Below are positions 56,901 to 64,000 of a stretch of DNA of 64,000 nucleotides, piece by piece; the stretch's first letter is position 1, and each line of letters begins with the position of its first letter. The stretch is from Bugula neritina. Lineage: Eukaryota; Animalia; Bryozoa. The notes under the pieces were generated by a model. That model ran no database searches and had not been told where the DNA came from. It was given only the letters and a program-made list of their open reading frames with translations. Position numbers and translations under genes: made by a program. The stretch lies in NCBI GenBank assembly GCA_964035545.1, contig OZ037766.1:7492722-7556721 (forward strand). The letters run 5' to 3'.

Positions 56901-59900
56901 CTTGTTCCATCTCTATTGGACAATTCTGGATCTAGGTGAGAGCCGTGAAGTCTGCACAAACCAAAGTCAGTTAGAACTGCTTCAATACTGCCATCAATAT
57001 CATATCTAATTAGTATATTAGCTGGTTTCAAGTCATAGTGGATGTACTTGTAGGTGTCATGGTGTATGTATTGTAGTGCATCAACAATCTGTGCAATAAT
57101 CTCTTTTGCATCATTTGTATTTCTATATTCAGTTGAGTCTAACCATTTTCTCAAACTCATATCATAGTACTCCATTACTAGATATATACTCATTCCTAAA
57201 AAAGATAATGTGGTTACATCTATACTAGAACCAGCATAATGGTATCTGCATATTTAATGTATACAAGTTTATCTCATTTATGTGGAGGAAAAATATAGTT
57301 AACATTAAGCTCAGGTTTTATGTTTAGTTTACAGCACAAATACTTTAAGTAATGAGTGGGTTACTCCCTCTGGCAACAGCAATTTCAGATTTTGAAATAA
57401 AGCAAAATATTTCAGGACAAGCTTCAAAACCAATCACCCAACTAAAAAATAGAAACCTAATACAACTGCTGGTAATACTGCAAAAGCTGACTGTTAATGA
57501 TCAAATTTTAAACCCAATATGAATGAAATTAACTCACTTATATTGCCCTACTTGTAGGCTAAGCAAAAACCCTTATAAATGTGAATAGATTTTTGAATTG
57601 TGTGGACTATTTCCCTGCAGTTATCATGGGCTTCATAATCATGACCTTATAAACTAACCTCGAATGTTTGCCCAAGCTTTTTCAATTTCTGCAGTCCTTG
57701 GAGGTAATAACCCTTCATTTCGAATGCATGTGAGGCAATTTTGTAAAAAATCTATGACCGTTTTCTTGCTACTCTCATAGTCATCAGTTGGCTTTTTATT
57801 TGGTTGAATCCATTTTTTCAACACTGGTAGAATTGTTTGATTTTGAAAGATATCAGATTGGAGAATAGCTTCTTGACAGCATAGAATAAGATGGTTGAAA
57901 CCCTGAGTATCTGAAGTGTTGGTAGAAAATTTACTTCCACCATCACTGGTTACTTCTTCACTTAAATCAATATGTTTAACTGCCAGTTTTTCATTTTTCT
58001 CTGGGTTAGTTTTTTGTCTTACCCTGTAAACTTTACCAAACCCTCCTTCATCTATAAAATCTAGCTTCTCAAAGTTATCTGAAAAGTAGTTGGTTTCTTC
58101 AGCTTTATTGAGTAATGTTATTATTTCTTCTGCCACTTTTTCAGGAAGGCTAATTTCCATCTGTATAAATACAAATGCACTGCGCTTGTAGAGCCTACTG
58201 GAATAAGAATTTTTGATATAAATTAATGATTTCTAATCTGAAATGAAGTTAAATCAGATAAACCATTTAAATTCTACACTAATATTTATAATGATAACTT
58301 ATTCAACGCATACTGATACTGTTACACTTACAATATGAATATTGGTCATAGTAATAATGTGAACTTTAGTCTAGTATTACTTTTAGTAAGCTGGCCACAT
58401 TCAAATTATACTATTACTAAACATGATTATGTACTAAAATCAGGTTGTTCAGTCAAAAGCATTACTAATAGTAATAGTAATAATATAGCATTAACTAATA
58501 CTATTTTTACAAGTACATATTTATGTGATATTCATAATCATAATAGTAATGACTTTAAAATTGTTAATATATCAATCATTCAATGGTAATATCAATTTGA
58601 ATAGTAATATCAATATGAATATGATATTCATATTGTCATTGGTATTGGCAATTTTAAAGTCATTATGATTATCCTTTCGATAAACTCAGCCTCATAATCA
58701 TAATGATAATCACTTGATTATCATTATGATATGATTAATCTAATTCTATACCACATTATTATTATAATTATTTAGGAGCAGTAGTGGAGGAATTGAGATT
58801 GTAAATTATTTACCCGTAGTCTTTCAGTTTCACTTTCTGTAGCACTCTTAGACTTGGAGCCAGCCATGTCGGTTTGATTACGTTCCTCCCCACAACTAGT
58901 GGATAATACTAATAAATCATAGTTGTCGTTGATGCTTGTACAGTCACTAGGTGACTGCTTAAAACAAAGAGTCGAAATAATAAAAGTACGTTAGTCCTGG
59001 TGCCATCGTATAAACCTATTAATGGTTCAAGGCGTAATATATTATACTCTGTAAACATGCTAGTGTTGATAAGTTAACCGAGATCTCCCCTCACCCCCAC
59101 CCCCCCCCCCCCCCCCCCCCCCCGCCGCACAGTTATCAAGTTTCTCAAATACAACTAAGTTGAGGAATGGTTTTATAAGCAGCTCCGAGTTGGGAGTGAC
59201 TGAGTGCAATAGTTTGGGGGGGGGGGGTGTTGGAGTTGGGGGTATAATTGGAATGTAGAACTCCAAACTCGAGAACAGCAAACTACTGTACTCAGTCGGC
59301 CCCCAACTCGGAGTTGCTTATAGAACGATTCTTCATTTTCTGTATTCAGTTTTGTATGTAATATAATATTATAGTTTATCAGCTTCACTGGAATGATATA
59401 ACCCAAGTTATAGTGTAATGACTATTAATTGAAGTGATTATGATTAATCAGTGTTGAAACAATAATTATAATCATAATCATCAACTATGGGCCCTAATTA
59501 CATCATTTACGCTTTACAGCGTTAGAATTTAGTGAATACATATGAACATATCACACTGGGTGATGAGTGTTCACAAAATAAGATATTAGCATAATAAAGT
59601 ATACTATGGTACAAATAATACAATGCAATACAATATGATGCAATAAGATAAAAGGTAGTCTGTTATAATACAGTGATTGGTTCAAGTCATGTTGGCTTGA
59701 ATAATTCCTGACCTAAAGTACTTGAAATTTCTTGACTTCCAATATCTTTGAGTTGACGAACTCAGCCAATTGTCTTAAACTGAAAGTTGAGATTCTCATG
59801 AAGTTTATGCAACATTGGTCTAGTGGTTAAAGCACTGGCTTAGTGAACACAAGGTCAGTGGTTCGAATTCCTATAAAGGCCATTTGTGATGTTAGGAAGA

Positions 59901-62900
59901 GCAACCAGTCATAACGCTCCTGTGCCACTTTAGAAAACAAGTCCATGGCCCACTTTAATAAAAACCCATTCCTCTAGAGGTTCTCACAAGGACAGGTACT
60001 ATAAACCCACATGTCGGGTTTTTTATAGTACCAAGTTGTCCAATTTAGTCTTAAGAACTTATAGCAAGTGCACAAATAAATTATTAAACCATAATGGTTT
60101 ACAACGCATTTGTGGGGATGTAGGTTGAAATTCTTGTGAGAACCTAAATTCTTTCGCAATATTTCTGGCATAGAACACAGATTTTTCCCAATCTCTCCAT
60201 TAAAATGCATCTAGCTAGAAAACCCCAAGGTGTTGGACTAAGAATGAGCAAAAGTATGACCATGAAAGTAAATATAATTTTAAGTGTTGAAACTTTGGCT
60301 GCTCACTAAAATTTTTAAAATGATACATTTGACAAATCCTAGAACAAAACATCAAACTCGCATGACAAACGTAAAAGTGCTCTATTTTTTGCATGAATTG
60401 CAAACTTCTGCAATCTCTCCTGCTTATAGGATATTAGTACAGTATGTAGTATATTATATTATATTATCGAATATTACTAACACAGTAGTAGTATATTATG
60501 TGGTTTTGCATCAAGCTGGTTGTGCTGGTACAGCATTCTGCAGCTAGTGTACACTGGTAAGGTGGTAAAGTTTAAACTTTTTCCAAACTAAGCTTTTCGA
60601 AATTTTTTATGTTATAGCAAAAAGAAAAGTTTCTCATGAAATGTCAGACCCCTGCTTAAGTCATATTATAAATATATATAGTTATAAAATGATCTTCAAA
60701 ATTTGAAAGCCTCTTATTGGGAGAACAACTTCTTATCTATTGAATGCATTGTTATTGTCCACTCTTTACAACAATCTATATAAATTTTGAATTTCTATTT
60801 GTTTGTATATTTTATCAGCCGAGTTTATTGGCTCATTGAAACTGCCAGCCCTAGACTTTACCAACTGGTGTAACATAATTGTGGCTAAATATGGAGATCT
60901 GTATTGGTCAGAGGAGCTGCTGGTCTCCCTCTACGAAGTCATACATGGACAGAAACCGGATATTGATAGGTCCGTAGGGTTGTCATCACAGTCTTCTGTC
61001 TGCATGCTCTGTCTTAGCACTAGCATTAGCTTGTTATCACTTTTGCCAAGTTCATTTTTTGCAATTATAAGATTTTTAAGTATACTAATACTTTATTTTA
61101 AAAAAAATTCATCCTAAAGTTTGACAATGTTTTCTACGAAAGTAAAACTGAAGGTATACATTAAATGCACAAATGCAATTCTCCAGCATTATTATTTTAG
61201 TGCCATATATGACAATTACATTTATAATTACAAGTATCTCAAAGGACGTAATTTTGTATCATGGGCTTTTTGCATGCACTTTTTGCTCGAAGCATAATGA
61301 CTGCTTACTAGCACTAGTGATTTTTGTATCATACTGCATATAATTAAATTAATGGGCTAATTTGTAAGAAATGGGTTATAAATCCTGTATTTGGAAGCAC
61401 TTGAGTTGCATATCATTGAGTGGTGCATTCACTGTTTAGCACTTGCACGATTGTTATGTAACACAAGAAACATTTGTAGTAAGATACGATAGCACTAAAT
61501 TTAGTTTCTAGCTTATGAAGTTTGGGTATGTATCATGCTCTTACTTAGTAGTTCTCTGGTGGCATAAGTTTGTTACTTTTTATAAGAAATATTACACTTA
61601 GAAATTTGGAATTATTTACTCAACAGGTATGTGTTGTTTACTCTGTTATTCACATCCCTGGTTATATAATTTATTGGGTTTTGCTACCAGACCTCCATCT
61701 GGTGCTCTGAGAGCCAAGTCAGCTAGAGTTCTCAGTGTGGACGAACCGGGAGGTCCCACCGCCACCCAGTCAGTCACACAGTCTGTTTCCCAGAGGTTCT
61801 CCACTTCACCATTCAGGCCTATTCCTTTATCAGAGTCTGGGCTGGTTGTCTCCAGCACTTCTCATACCACCACCACTTCTAAGAAATCTAAGAGGTTTGT
61901 GTGTGTACATTTTACCTTAGCAGAAATTACTGTTTAGTGCATCCAATGCTGACACTTGTACTTCTATACTAAGTGGAGGTGGCCTGTATTTTGTAAAGTT
62001 TTACAGAATATGTGTATGTGGCACTGCACCACAATTCTATTGAAAATTTAGCATAATGTTACAACCCCTATAAGTAAGATTTTGCTAGAAATAATTTTAA
62101 TTAAAAGTGTTGATTTCTGTGAAATGATGACTTTCATAATTTGTGTTCAGGTCAATAGTAAAGCCTAAAGCCATGCTGCCCCAAATTCTATCCGGCGAGG
62201 GGGGCTCTTCAGACGTATCTTCACCTCACAAGACATCCAGTTTATCTCGGCTCAAGAGTGTTTCTGTATCGGTAAGATACTTCTCCTAAAGTAAAGTTAC
62301 AGTGTCATAGTATGGTGCTAAAACATTGCAAGTGTCCTACTACAGTTGCCAGTTATTGTCAAAATCTATCGATATAAAAGATAAAGCTTACCACTCACTA
62401 TACATTAGTTGCTTTATTAATTTGAATAAAAGATCCACCATATTCTAATCAATTGCTGTGTTTCACTATAATTCATGTGTTGTTAGGAATTTACTCCAGA
62501 TTCTATTTCTGAGGTAAATTTATTCTGTTTGATTGATTGATTGATCGATTAATTGAGAGCTAAGCGAGTTTCTAACTTTTCTCAAAATTATCAGCATGTT
62601 TCTCATGTTATATGTACAAAATACAATTGTGTTAAACAATTGTATTGCTAATCCAGTTCCACTTTCTTACTCTATTTGGAAGATATGCCTGAATTTTTGC
62701 AATTTCCATTTTCCTTTTTTCTAATTGTTAACCAATCCTCCATTTGACAAGTTTTATAAAATCAGGGAGTAATAGCGTGAGTAGCCTGTATACTGTATTA
62801 TTTATAAATAGTAATATAAATAGAGACATCACGCTGCCATCTGTAAAGTACTATTGGTTGTTGCAGGACCTGACCAGGCAGCATTCTCTTCCTTCAGCAG

Positions 62901-63474
62901 GTCTCACCAAGTCTAGGAGTCAGACGATGCTCCAGTCGACTGCTGTTGCCCCAGAATCCAAAGATCTTACTCCATTGGTCAAGAGTCTCATTGTACGTTT
63001 GCTGCCTGAACTGGGTCATCCTGTACCATTGCACTGAGTCATCCTGTAATATTATTCTTAGTCATCATTTACCATTGCACTGAGTCATCCTGTACCATTA
63101 TACTGAGTCATCATTTACCATTGCACTGAGTCATCCTGTACCATTATACTGAGTTATACTGTACCATTATACTGAGTCATCCTGTACCATTGTGTTATTT
63201 ATTCTTACTAATACTTATTTGATTGCTCATCTCTTCTTGCTTGCAGTTACCTAATGGTAGTACGAGACAGGTGATGTATATCGAGGGAAAGCAGGCTAAC
63301 CAAATGTTTGATGATATATGGAAAGCTAGTCCGGGTTCTGCCACTTCTGCGTTTGATCATGATTCAGATTCCCATTCTCACAGCTCAGCCAGTGAACTCA
63401 GGGTGAAAGGAAGGCTGCTGACTTATTCGCTGAGTAACTCCGTTATTGGAGACGAGATGGTTGATTCTGCAATT
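47918..63474 (+). CDS. KNDC1: KIND-domain protein very-KIND/KNDC1-like (RasGEF family), 3'-partial
   Basis: Exons: 47918-47940, 48169-48316, 49090-49273, 49676-49838, 50247-50422, 50834-50967, (51596-51703), 52681-52832, (53260-53286), 54015-55198, 55591-55725, 60819-60969, 61691-61894, 62151-62271, (62487-62513), 62867-62992, 63247-63474; optional exons are in parentheses. KIND domain EELWAICRECCL...ETLAFD...PPEY...HVYSLG. KNDC1-type block EFAFDGY...DMAEFI...KYGDLYWSEELL. The RasGEF domains would lie beyond the window. Confidence 0.88.
49555..49650 (-). pseudogene. tRNA-like pseudogene or tRNA-derived repeat
   Basis: Acceptor stem GCCCCTG/TGGGGGC, D-arm GTGT-AATGGTA-GCAC, GTTCAAAT T-loop and downstream TTTT. 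The anticodon and T stems are disrupted. Confidence 0.65.
51989..52236. mobile_element. Kolobok-like MITE (same TIR family as 35695-36073)
   Basis: AGTTGCGTTTATACCT / AGGTATAAACGCAGCT termini. Confidence 0.6.
52922..53101. mobile_element. Tc1/mariner-type MITE
   Basis: TA TSD. TIR of ~28 bp, CAGTGCTCC..CTG.ATCTCA...AGCT. Confidence 0.7.
56561..58867 (-). CDS. Ser/Thr protein kinase, eIF2alpha-kinase-like, non-RD, 396 aa, nested antisense in a KNDC1 intron
   Basis: Exons 58867-58814, 58160-57659 and 57195-56561 join in frame. Motifs: FEKLDFIDEGGFGKVYRVR, AVK, alphaC QE, insert before IYLVMEY..SLRKWL, HYDLKPAN, DFG, APE, DMWSFG. Confidence 0.88.
59087..59123. repeat. Poly-C tract (G-run on the kinase sense strand)
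   Basis: About 24 uninterrupted C plus flanking C runs. Confidence 0.85.
59165..59331. mobile_element. Second copy of the palindromic MITE-like element, ~300 bp upstream of the kinase ATG
   Basis: GAATGGTTTTATAAGCAGCTCCGAGTTGGG...CCCAACTCGGAGTTGCTTATAGAACGATTC, with the same internal TTGGAGTTGGGGG as 41038-41190. Confidence 0.82.
59809..60020 (+). mobile_element. tRNA-derived SINE
   Basis: Pol III A box TGGTCTAGTGG and B box GGTTCGAAT, followed by a non-tRNA body (AGGAAGAGCAACCAG). 3' boundary approximate. Confidence 0.65.
63011..63192. repeat. 23-bp minisatellite CTGAGTCATCCTGTACCATTRYA, ~8 copies
   Basis: Tandem units in the KNDC1 intron right after the 62992 donor. Confidence 0.9.
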
Positions 63475-64000
63475 GTAAGTCAGCACGGTTTATTCGCTGC
63501 CGTTATCTTACAGACTTTCTGTTTTCAATTATGTAGTATTTTCATCCTAAAGTTGTATTTTGTTTAGCCTTTAAACTGCCTGTAAATAAAAGTTTCACTT
63601 TTCACAAATATTCACGAATAAATTAACCCATTTAACTGTTAAGAACAACAGCTAAATGAGTTAATATTGCTCTTGGTATTGGCAAGTCATAGCAGCATAT
63701 TGACAGCATACTAATGCTACTCTGCTTTTCACCTGACAACCAGAATGCTATAATTTTTGTGACCTGATATGTTGCACTCTCTGGTAATGGTGCAACAGGG
63801 TCCCTGTGAGCTCAATTAAGTTGCCATCAAGGTCTTTCACTTGACAAAAAAGTTTGCAGATTATTGATCTTTTATATGATAAGGAGTGTAACAGCATGAC
63901 TTATATTGATGAACTTACTTATAGCAACGTGTTAATACCAGCAATGCTGACATAGAGATACATATGCTCTATTTTACTGTGTCGGGAGCCAAATGAAAAG

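Overview
AT-rich, intron-rich animal genomic DNA (an invertebrate, plausibly a lophotrochozoan; this is inference). By splicing exons manually at GT-AG sites with consistent phases I reconstruct eight protein-coding genes: an FBXO25/FBXO32 (atrogin)-type F-box gene (-, last exon probably left of the window), NDUFB9 (-), an orphan NR1-like nuclear receptor with a CEACKA P-box (+), RPS11 (-), NDUFV3 (+), SNRPG (-), a KNDC1/very-KIND gene (+, runs off the right edge), and a sensor-less non-RD eIF2alpha-kinase-like gene (-) nested in a KNDC1 intron. Region 22.9-29.4 kb is a nested stack of transposons. It has long inverted arms, two TSD-flanked insertions, a (TA)n/(CA)~376 core, and a Penelope-like remnant carrying a minimal type I hammerhead ribozyme. 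A ~155-170 bp palindromic element fills almost the whole RPS11/NDUFV3 bidirectional promoter and recurs upstream of the nested kinase. Many MITEs, tRNA-derived repeats and minisatellites lie in introns. No database searches were run; family assignments are from recognised motifs.
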